From: an uncultured Alphaproteobacteria bacterium | GTDB lineage: Bacteria; Pseudomonadota; Alphaproteobacteria; HIMB59; GCA-002718135 | NCBI GenBank assembly: GCA_902553945.1 | Contig: CACDMT010000002.1 | Location: forward strand, 8,083 to 72,082 | DNA: 64,000 nt | Direction of reading: 5' to 3' | In this document: positions 19,923 through 27,272 of the stretch, piece by piece | Layout of the letters: each line of letters opens with the position of its first letter | Position numbering within the stretch: the stretch's first letter is position 1 | Notes under the pieces: generated by a model | Told to the model about the DNA's origin: nothing | What the model saw: only the letters and a program-made list of their open reading frames with translations | The model's database searches: none | Translations under genes and position numbers: made by a program

Positions 19923-20342
19923 TTAATTCTCAAATAAATTTTTAAGTTCTTTCAATTTATCAAAAATTGAATCTCTTACTTCTCTAAACTTATCTAATTG
20001 GTTTGAACTAAAACGATCTGATGCAGGATCATCAAATGGAATTGAAAGTATCTGAGCTTTAGAATTTAAAACTGGACATACCTCTTCCTTACAAAGCGTA
20101 AAAACGGTATTTAGTTCATCTCTGAATTTGCTGTCTAAACTTTCAAAATCTTTTGAATAATGTTTTGATATGTCAATATCGATTTCACCCATAACCAGTA
20201 TAGCATTGGGATTAACCTCTTTGGGCACTGATCCTGCACTTTGAATAATACAATTAGGATATAATTTTTTTGCAATTCCTTCAGCCATTTGACTTCTTGC
20301 TGAATTAGCAACACACATAAAAAGAATATTTTTATTTTTCAT
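19923..20342 (-). CDS. arsC: arsenate reductase, LMW-PTP/thioredoxin-coupled type
   Basis: It has the CX5R loop LFMCVANSARSQMAEG and a downstream Cys pair (LCKEEVCP). I place the start at MKNKNILF (20342), which forms an ATGA overlap with the upstream 75-aa ORF. The longer ORF-track version is an N-terminal extension. Confidence 0.8.
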   Translation of the reverse strand: MKNKNILFMCVANSARSQMAEGIAKKLYPNCIIQSAGSVPKEVNPNAILVMGEIDIDISKHYSKDFESLDSKFRDELNTVFTLCKEEVCPVLNSKAQILSIPFDDPASDRFSSNQLDKFREVRDSIFDKLKELKNLFEN

Positions 20343-20566
20343 GAAAGCAAATAAATATAACCAAAAATAAATAGTGGAAGCTGTAAACCAAAGTTTGTAA
20401 GAAGAGCTCGATCTTTTGTCATATAACCAACAATTGACCAACCAACAGCCCCTGTGCCGTGAATAATTATATTAATCGGATAGGCATTTAAATTGGTTAA
20501 TAATATTCCTGATAATATTAACGCGGTGCTAAACCACTTAATTCTATTAATTGATAAATCTGTCAT
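20339..20566 (-). CDS. small hydrophobic membrane protein (75 aa, 2-3 predicted TM helices), function unknown
   Basis: The ORF reads MTDLSINRIKWFSTALILSGILLTNLNAYPINIIIHGTGAVGWSIVGYMTKDRALLTNFGLQLPLFIFGYIYLLS. Its stop overlaps the arsC start (ATGA). Confidence 0.5.
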   Translation of the reverse strand: MTDLSINRIKWFSTALILSGILLTNLNAYPINIIIHGTGAVGWSIVGYMTKDRALLTNFGLQLPLFIFGYIYLLS

Positions 20567-20596
20567 ATCTTCTCCTAAATTCTATAGATTGCGAAT

Positions 20597-20614
20597 ATTA
20601 CACTTTACTTAAAG
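20597..20614 (-). promoter_or_regulatory. candidate Pho-box-like element (arsC operon side)
   Basis: The minus strand reads CTTTAAG-TAAA-GTGTAAT. The GTGTAAT half-site is identical to the one upstream of the 29555..30808 SBP gene. Confidence 0.2.
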
Positions 20615-20632
20615 ATAAAGATATTAATCAAA

Positions 20633-20650
20633 TTGTAACAAAAATTTAAC
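20633..20650 (+). promoter_or_regulatory. candidate Pho-box-like element (DUF47-PiT side)
   Basis: TTGTAAC-AAAA-ATTTAAC, a 7-4-7 direct repeat. It ends 40 nt upstream of the ATG at 20690. Confidence 0.25.
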
Positions 20651-20689
20651 ATTTCTTTCTTTTTTTTTGAAAAGTTCTATAAGCACTCC

Positions 20690-21352
20690 ATGTTTGGATT
20701 AAAAAGTGCATCATTATTTGGTGATACCAAAAAGCTTGAAAGAGAAATTGATGAGTTTGTTGATATTGTCTCTGAAGTTGGTTTGGTATTTAAATCTATC
20801 GTTCCCACTTATCTTAATCATTCGGCAAATGGAAAATTTGAAGAGATGGTTGAGAAAGTAAAAGAAATGGAAAGTAAGGCAGATAAAATTACCAAAGATG
20901 TTGAGCACACATTATATGAGGAAACATTAATTCCTGATGCTAGAAGTGATGTATTGCGCGTTTTAGAACATCTTGATGAATTAATTGGAATGTATCAGGG
21001 TAATTGTTATCACTTCTCTATTCAAAAACCAAATTTTCCAAAAGAGTTTCACGAGGACTTAGTTGATTTAACTGAAACTGTTGTGAATTGTGTTGAGTCA
21101 TTATGTTTAACTGTTCGTTCATTTTTTCGTGATATTAAATCAGTTAGAGATAATGCACACAAAGTTACTTTTTATGAAAAAGAATCAGATATTAAATTTA
21201 GCTCTCTTGCGAGAAAAATATTTGACTCAGAGCTAAATTTAGATCAAAAAATGCATCTTCGATATTTTGTTGAAAAAATTGATCGTATTTGTGATCAAGC
21301 AGAAGATATTGCTGATGAGGTACAAATCTACGCTATTAAACGTTCAGTTTAA
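20690..21352 (+). CDS. DUF47/PhoU-like phosphate transport accessory protein (YkaA/TIGR00153-type)
   Basis: 220 aa, all-helical. It lies immediately upstream of a PiT transporter, which is the conserved pairing. The C-terminal DRICDQAEDIADEV resembles the PhoU repeat. Confidence 0.7.
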   Translation: MFGLKSASLFGDTKKLEREIDEFVDIVSEVGLVFKSIVPTYLNHSANGKFEEMVEKVKEMESKADKITKDVEHTLYEETLIPDARSDVLRVLEHLDELIGMYQGNCYHFSIQKPNFPKEFHEDLVDLTETVVNCVESLCLTVRSFFRDIKSVRDNAHKVTFYEKESDIKFSSLARKIFDSELNLDQKMHLRYFVEKIDRICDQAEDIADEVQIYAIKRSV

Positions 21353-21358
21353 TTTTAA

Positions 21359-22411
21359 ATGGAAATTACAATATTAATTTTTTTATTTGGTGGTTTATTT
21401 TTAGGCTGGTCTCTTGGAGCAAATGATGCTGCTAATGTGTTTGGTACTGCGGTTGGAACACGAATGGTAAGTTTCACAAGTGCTGCCATAGTGTGTAGTA
21501 TATTTGTAATACTTGGAGCAATCATAAGTGGTGCTGGAACAACAGAAACACTTGGGAAGCTTGGAGCAATAAATGCATTACCGGGTGCTTTTGCTGCCTG
21601 CGTTGCAGCAGGGATTTCTGTTTACTTAATGACCAAAGTTGGACTGCCAGTTTCTACAACGCAAGCTATTGTAGGAGCTATAGTTGGTTGGAATTTATAT
21701 ACAGGATCATCAACAAACATTCAGGTTCTAATGACGATTTTAGCAACATGGATAATTTGCCCAATCATTGCGGGTATAATCGCAATGGGTTTATTTACGT
21801 TTACAAAAAGAGTTATTCTAAATAGAAAATTACATATTTTACGACTTGATGCATATACAAGAACAGCCTTACTACTTGCTGGTGCATTTGGAGCATATAG
21901 TTTGGGTGCAAATAACATTGCCAATGTTATGGGTGTCTTTGTTCCTATTTCCCCATTTACTGATATTAATATTTCCAACGTATTTATTTTTTCCTCAAAA
22001 GAACAATTGTTTTTACTTGGAGGTTTAGCCATAGCAGTAGGTGTATTCACTTACTCTAAGAGAGTCATGTATACTGTTGGAAATGATTTATTAAAGATGT
22101 CTCCTGTAGCAGCTTTTATTGTTGTTATTTCTCATTCGATCGTTTTATTTTTATTTGCCTCTCAGGGTATTAGTGCTTTTCTTCAATCTATTAACCTTCC
22201 TTCTATTCCGCTTGTTCCTGTTTCCAGTTCGCAAGCTGTTGTTGGAGGTGTTATTGGAATTGGGCTCCTAAAAGGAGGAAAAGAAGTGCAATGGTCCATT
22301 GCGGGAAGAATATCGATGGGATGGGTTACGCTGCCAATAATTGCAGCTCTAATATCTTTGATTATTTTATTTGTTTTAGAAAATATTTTTAATTTAACTG
22401 TTTCGTTTTAA
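21359..22411 (+). CDS. pitA: PiT-family inorganic phosphate transporter
   Basis: 350 aa, polytopic. The PHO4 signatures GANDAANVFGTAVG and GANNIANVMG are present as a duplicated motif. Confidence 0.9.
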   Translation: MEITILIFLFGGLFLGWSLGANDAANVFGTAVGTRMVSFTSAAIVCSIFVILGAIISGAGTTETLGKLGAINALPGAFAACVAAGISVYLMTKVGLPVSTTQAIVGAIVGWNLYTGSSTNIQVLMTILATWIICPIIAGIIAMGLFTFTKRVILNRKLHILRLDAYTRTALLLAGAFGAYSLGANNIANVMGVFVPISPFTDINISNVFIFSSKEQLFLLGGLAIAVGVFTYSKRVMYTVGNDLLKMSPVAAFIVVISHSIVLFLFASQGISAFLQSINLPSIPLVPVSSSQAVVGGVIGIGLLKGGKEVQWSIAGRISMGWVTLPIIAALISLIILFVLENIFNLTVSF

Positions 22412-22932
22412 CTTACTGCTCGGTAAGCAAAAATAAAGTCTTCTTGTATCTTTGACTCAATAGCTCCTTTTCGCCTTGATCGAACTAAATCAATTGCTTC
22501 TTGTTTAGGATAATTAAATTCTACAAGTAAAATGGCAGCTATTGTTCCTGCTCGTCCTTTACCACCACGACAATGTAAAACAATATTTTTTCCATCTATT
22601 AATTCATTTTTAAGAAGTACCTTTGTTGTTTCCCATTTGTATTTAAAATCTTTATCAGGCGCTCCCATGTCGTAAATTGGTAGATGATACCAATGCAACT
22701 TGTGGTCATAAATATTTTTTACAAATAAAGTTTTATCACATAATTTTTCAAATTCACCATCTTCAACAAACGATGTGATAGAGCTGCAGTTATTATTTTT
22801 AAAAAGATTAAGTTCATTATTAAAATGACTTACTTCAAATATTCCGTTTTCATTTAATCCTGGAAATGAAGTTAAGATTATTTTTCCAGCAAAAGATTTC
22901 GAGTCTATAAAATCGTATTCACTAAATTGCAT
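22408..22932 (-). CDS. cysteine (CX5R) phosphatase, dual-specificity/PTP-like
   Basis: 174 aa with the active-site loop VLHCRGGKGRAGT (HCxxGxxR-A/S/T). No signal peptide is visible. The start abuts the stop of the upstream HD gene. Confidence 0.7.
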   Translation of the reverse strand: MQFSEYDFIDSKSFAGKIILTSFPGLNENGIFEVSHFNNELNLFKNNNCSSITSFVEDGEFEKLCDKTLFVKNIYDHKLHWYHLPIYDMGAPDKDFKYKWETTKVLLKNELIDGKNIVLHCRGGKGRAGTIAAILLVEFNYPKQEAIDLVRSRRKGAIESKIQEDFIFAYRAVS

Positions 22933-23502
22933 TTAGGACTTGTTACCGAGAAAGGATTTTCTTGCATCTTCTAAATAAGGTCGAAAATGCTCAACATCTG
23001 GTGTTTTTTTATCAAGAATTTTAGCCATATCATCAAATCTTCTCAGTTCCACAGCTTCATCCATAAATGGTTTGTTTATAAATTCTTCTGCTTCTTCTTT
23101 GGTAAATGGTCCACCTTGAACTTTAAGTGATATTTTAGATGCCTCAGATAAACTGTCATAATACCCATCTTCAACACTTGATAGATATCTTTTTGAAGCA
23201 ACGTGTGCTCTAATAGGTAATATAACTTCTTCTCCAAAATATTTTTTTAAAAAATCAGCACCTAAGTTTTCATGATGACCATCCTTACCTTCATGAATAG
23301 GATCGCCGTCTTCATATACAAGATGTCCCACATCGTGAAGTAAGGCCGCTGCAATTGTTGGGCCAGGCAATTTATGTTGTTCAGCTAATTCAGCACATTG
23401 AAGAGCGTGTTCTAATTGAGTGACATCTTCATTGCCATATTGAATATCCGCTCCTTTAGTCTTCAAAAGATCCAGCAAATAATCTACAATATTTTCTTCC
23501 AT
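22933..23502 (-). CDS. HD-domain protein of the phosphonate-associated PhnZ-like family (mixed-valent di-iron oxygenase candidate)
   Basis: 189 aa. Motifs are QLEHALQCAELA, AALLHDVGH, HENLGADFL, HVASKRYL and LKVQGGP. As I recall the PhnZ sequence, this is its family pattern. It is divergent from phnW. Confidence 0.65.
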   Translation of the reverse strand: MEENIVDYLLDLLKTKGADIQYGNEDVTQLEHALQCAELAEQHKLPGPTIAAALLHDVGHLVYEDGDPIHEGKDGHHENLGADFLKKYFGEEVILPIRAHVASKRYLSSVEDGYYDSLSEASKISLKVQGGPFTKEEAEEFINKPFMDEAVELRRFDDMAKILDKKTPDVEHFRPYLEDARKSFLGNKS

Positions 23503-23540
23503 TCTTAGATAATAATTAACTTATTAGAAAATAATTTCAA

Positions 23541-23574
23541 TTCTAAGTTTTATACGATTGATCAATTTTATAAT
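23541..23574 (+). promoter_or_regulatory. candidate promoter for phnW with a plcP-like upstream element
   Basis: TTCTAAG-TTTT-ATACGAT (23541..23558) is followed after 10 nt by TATAAT (23569..23574). The TTTTATACRAT core is shared with the plcP upstream region (13666..13676). Confidence 0.25.
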
Positions 23575-23599
23575 AATATTTAAGAGGATAATAAGTTTA

Positions 23600-24697
23600 A
23601 TGGATAAAAAATTATTAACCCCAGGTCCTCTTACGACCTCAATGTCCACAAAAGAAGCTATGTTACATGATTGGGGATCAAGAGATAAAAAATTTATTGA
23701 TCTCAATTCATCTATAAGAGAGTCATTAGTTAAATTGATTGAGGGTGAAGATAATTATCAATGTGTTCCAATGCAAGGAAGTGGAACTTTTGCTGTTGAA
23801 TCTATGGTTAGTTCACTTACATCAAAAGACTCAAAGATACTGATTTTAATAAATGGTGCATACGGACAACGTATGAAAAAAATGTGCGCGTACTTAAATA
23901 GAGATTTTATAGAGTATGAAGTTGCAGAACATGAAGTACATGATTTAACTAAAATTGAAGAGCTAATTGATAATAATGAATTAACACATGTTTTCACTGT
24001 CTATTGTGAAACAACATCTGGTATTTTAAATCCTATTGAAGAAATTGCAAAATTAGTTGAATCAAAAAAACTATCTTTATTTATCGATGCCATGAGTGCC
24101 TTTGGGGCGCTACCTCTTAGTGCAAAAAAAATTAGTTTTGATGCGGTAGCTGCATCATCTAATAAATGCTTAGAAGGTGTTCCAGGTGTAGGTTTTATTT
24201 TAGTAAAAAATAATGTTATTCAAAATGCAAAAGGAAATAGTCATTCACTCAGTTTAGATTTGCATGATCAGTGGCAAGCGATGGAAAAAAATAAACAATG
24301 GCGTTTTACACCTCCGACACATGTATTAGCAGCTTTCAATCAAGCTATTAAAGAACATGAAAATGAAGGCGGAGTTCAGGGAAGACATCAAAGATATAAA
24401 AATAATTGTGCAATAATATGTTCCGGTATGAAAGAATTAGGTTTTGAACAATTACTTCCTGATAATTTACAAGCGCCAATTATTATAACTTTTAAACAAC
24501 CTAATGACTCAAGTTTTAATTTTGAAAAATTCTATAATGCACTTAGTGAAAAAAATTTCTTAATTTATCCTGGCAAACTAACTGTTGCTGAAACATTTCG
24601 TATAGGTTGTATTGGTAATTTAAATGAAAATGATATGCACGATACAATAAAAGCTGTTCAAGAAGTAATTCAAGAACTAGGTTTAAAAATTAATTAA
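23600..24697 (+). CDS. phnW: 2-aminoethylphosphonate--pyruvate transaminase
   Basis: The MDKKLLTPGPLTTS start follows an AAGAGGA RBS at 23582..23588. It is a class V aminotransferase with SSNKCLEGVPG (PLP-Lys region), and its length and N-terminus are typical of PhnW. The 14 upstream codons in the ORF track are judged spurious. Confidence 0.8.
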   Translation: MDKKLLTPGPLTTSMSTKEAMLHDWGSRDKKFIDLNSSIRESLVKLIEGEDNYQCVPMQGSGTFAVESMVSSLTSKDSKILILINGAYGQRMKKMCAYLNRDFIEYEVAEHEVHDLTKIEELIDNNELTHVFTVYCETTSGILNPIEEIAKLVESKKLSLFIDAMSAFGALPLSAKKISFDAVAASSNKCLEGVPGVGFILVKNNVIQNAKGNSHSLSLDLHDQWQAMEKNKQWRFTPPTHVLAAFNQAIKEHENEGGVQGRHQRYKNNCAIICSGMKELGFEQLLPDNLQAPIIITFKQPNDSSFNFEKFYNALSEKNFLIYPGKLTVAETFRIGCIGNLNENDMHDTIKAVQEVIQELGLKIN

Positions 24698-24703
24698 TTA
24701 TAA

Positions 24704-25336
24704 ATGACACAAGAAATTGAAATTCCACTAATTCAAGCTACTGATGAAAATCTTAAGGGATACGGTTACTTAATTGATACGTATGAAAAAAGTGAAATTG
24801 AAATTGTTACTTGGCCAAAACAAGGTTGGAGAGATATAGAAGAAGGAACAGGAAATGAAGGAGGAACAACAGAAGGCTCCTTTGATACTTGGTGGCAAGG
24901 TGATACTCTTTATGGACAAAATAATGCTGTTCAACATAAGAGTGATTACGAAGTTGATGGAAAATATATTCTTGGATATTCAACTAATCCTGATAATGAT
25001 TTACAAAAAGAAAATTATCAAACTCCAGATAAAATTTATTTATGGCATGCTAATTATCATCCAGATGGGGGACAACTTTTTTATCCTGAAGAAAAAAAAC
25101 CTTTCATTTGTCCGTTAGCATTACCAACAGATGATATAGAACCAGAACACTTTAAAGCGTTTTATTGTGATGGCTCTAAAGGTCTCTATATTCATCCCAA
25201 TATATGGCATGAGGGCGTCTTCCCTGTATCTGAAAAGCAATCTTTTCAAGGAAAACAGGGAAAAGTTCATGCCCGAGTTAGTATTGATTTAAAAGAAGAG
25301 TTTAATAAATATATTTATTTTAAAACTGAAATTTAA
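24704..25336 (+). CDS. cupin-like protein resembling the ureidoglycolate lyase (AllA) family; function unknown in this context
   Basis: 210 aa. It has the AllA-like patterns YHPDGGQLFYP and LYIHPNIWHEG. Residues H119-x-D121 and H164/H169 (my count) could form a metal site. It starts 7 nt after phnW. Confidence 0.45.
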   Translation: MTQEIEIPLIQATDENLKGYGYLIDTYEKSEIEIVTWPKQGWRDIEEGTGNEGGTTEGSFDTWWQGDTLYGQNNAVQHKSDYEVDGKYILGYSTNPDNDLQKENYQTPDKIYLWHANYHPDGGQLFYPEEKKPFICPLALPTDDIEPEHFKAFYCDGSKGLYIHPNIWHEGVFPVSEKQSFQGKQGKVHARVSIDLKEEFNKYIYFKTEI

Positions 25337-25359
25337 TTAAAATTAACTTAATTTAAATT

Positions 25360-26154
25360 ATGAAAATTATTCATTTATCTGATCCACATATTTATACAGA
25401 TAAAATTCATGGCATTGATCCAGTAAGTAGGTTTAAAAAAGCATTAGATCACATTTTAAAAAATCATAGTGATGCTGATCTATTTGTCATAACAGGTGAT
25501 ATCACAGATCTAGGAGATAAAGAGTCATATCAATTATTTATAAAAATAATTCAAGACGCAAATTTACCTGAACAATTATATCCAAAACTTATAATTGGAA
25601 ATCATGATAACCGTGAAGAATTTAAAAAAAACTTTCCTTCAATACAAGAAGATGAAAATGGTTTTGTTCAATATTTTAAAGATTTAGAAAATAAACGTTT
25701 TATTTTTATAGATACAAATTTAGATGATGAAGATAAAGGTTATTATTGTGAGGATAGACAGGCTTGGCTCAACAAAACTTTAAATCAAACATCTTATGAT
25801 AAGGATATTTATATTTTTATGCATCACAATCCTCTAGCTTTGGTGAAAGAAGAAACTGATGAGATTGGTCTTCAACAAAAAGAAGAATTTAAAAAAATTT
25901 TATTAAGTAGTAAAAAAAATATTAAACATATTTTTTTTGGACATCAGCATATAACAAGCTCCGGTTCGTATTGTAATATAACTTTTTCATCTCCAAGAAG
26001 TACGTGGTTTCCATTGATATCAAATTTTTCAAATCAATACAGACTGGGAACAGCAAATACAGATACAAATTATAATATTGCAATTATTCGATCAGATGGA
26101 ATTATTATTCATACTGAAGATTTTTTAAAAACTGAAGTAAATTGGATTGAATAA
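25360..26154 (+). CDS. calcineurin-like metallophosphoesterase (CpdA/GpdQ-type phosphodiesterase candidate)
   Basis: 264 aa with the complete motif set LSDPHIY, TGDITDLGD, GNHDNRE, MHHNP and GHQH. No signal peptide is visible. Confidence 0.7.
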   Translation: MKIIHLSDPHIYTDKIHGIDPVSRFKKALDHILKNHSDADLFVITGDITDLGDKESYQLFIKIIQDANLPEQLYPKLIIGNHDNREEFKKNFPSIQEDENGFVQYFKDLENKRFIFIDTNLDDEDKGYYCEDRQAWLNKTLNQTSYDKDIYIFMHHNPLALVKEETDEIGLQQKEEFKKILLSSKKNIKHIFFGHQHITSSGSYCNITFSSPRSTWFPLISNFSNQYRLGTANTDTNYNIAIIRSDGIIIHTEDFLKTEVNWIE

Positions 26155-26163
26155 TAAATAAAA

Positions 26164-27270
26164 TTATTTCTTTTCTATAACAAAAATTTCATTATTAAAA
26201 TAAAGACCTTTGTTTTTTGCAACTATATTTTGAACGATCTTTTCATAATTTTTTGTTTTTTCAACTTTCATTACTTTATCATCATCTATTTGATTTACAT
26301 ATATTGATGCATTCCATGCTGAAAAAACTATAGAGGTTGCTATACTTCCACTAATTTCATTTGGTAATGCTCTTAGCTTACATTTAATATTTCTTTTCTC
26401 ACCAAAATATAATTTATTAAGTGTTTCTTTATCCAAATTTTTCTTAAGATATGAAATAATGCTATTGCCAAGAGAAGGAAACGGGTTTTCTTTAGGCCAT
26501 ACTTTTTTAATAATATCATTTGCTGGATCTTTACCAGCAGCATGTATTGTTAATAATTTTCCCTTAGGTTTGAGCGCTCTAATCATTGGCTCAATTACAT
26601 ATTTTACTTTTTTTTCTGCGGATATTCTTGATCTGTATGGTTGAGAAGCTATAATGAGATCAAACTTATTATCAGAATTATTTTTTGTTGGAATTAATTC
26701 ATTTACATTAAATTCTTGGTCTTCTCTATAAATCACCATTACGGAAGGCTCTTTATATGTTGGATTACCTGTTTTTTTATTAACTTCTATATTCCATTTT
26801 TTCTCTAAGAAATCATTTTGACTTCTTAATTGTTGAGCAAATTCAAGTGAGGTATTTCCTTTTAGTTTTATAACATTCCAATTTATTTTTTTCTGTTTAT
26901 TTTCATTTTTAGATTTTAAATTGGCAGCTTCCGCATAATGTAAATTTGAGATTACAAAAACAGTATTCTTGTGTTCCACAAATCTATCAGGTAATTTTTC
27001 TAAACCCAATCTTACATCTTCAATACTAATTTCTTTTGTTGCAACTAACAAAGGAATGGTCGGATTTGCAGAATGGCATTGTCTCATTACATTCATCAAT
27101 AATGATCCATCACCCATGCCTGCATCAAATATTTTTATTCCAGGTTTTACTGGTTTGATTTTATTTACATGAGGACGAATTGCATCAGCAATTTGATTCT
27201 TTTCATTTGTAGTAGTTACGAATAATAAATATTTTTGTCTATTATCGTAAAATCTAAAATTTTTTTTCAT
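26164..27270 (-). CDS. putative class I SAM-dependent methyltransferase with a large insertion
   Basis: 368 aa. It has a motif-I-like IFDAGMGDGSLL, an acidic post-I VATKEIS, a later DLIIASQPY and LKPKGKLL. The assignment is weak. Confidence 0.4.
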   Translation of the reverse strand: MKKNFRFYDNRQKYLLFVTTTNEKNQIADAIRPHVNKIKPVKPGIKIFDAGMGDGSLLMNVMRQCHSANPTIPLLVATKEISIEDVRLGLEKLPDRFVEHKNTVFVISNLHYAEAANLKSKNENKQKKINWNVIKLKGNTSLEFAQQLRSQNDFLEKKWNIEVNKKTGNPTYKEPSVMVIYREDQEFNVNELIPTKNNSDNKFDLIIASQPYRSRISAEKKVKYVIEPMIRALKPKGKLLTIHAAGKDPANDIIKKVWPKENPFPSLGNSIISYLKKNLDKETLNKLYFGEKRNIKCKLRALPNEISGSIATSIVFSAWNASIYVNQIDDDKVMKVEKTKNYEKIVQNIVAKNKGLYFNNEIFVIEKK

Positions 27271-27272
27271 GT

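Noticed and set aside
23557-23566. 10-bp perfect palindrome ATTGATCAAT between the HD gene and phnW.
   Set aside because: It is short, AT-rich and contains GATC. The chance expectation in this composition is not negligible, and it overlaps the spacer of the putative phnW promoter. It is not reported as a site without conservation data.
24855-25118. 87-aa plus-strand ORF overlapping the cupin gene.
   Set aside because: It is an alternative frame of 24704..25336. The K/I/L-rich, low-complexity translation is typical of an AT-rich off-frame.
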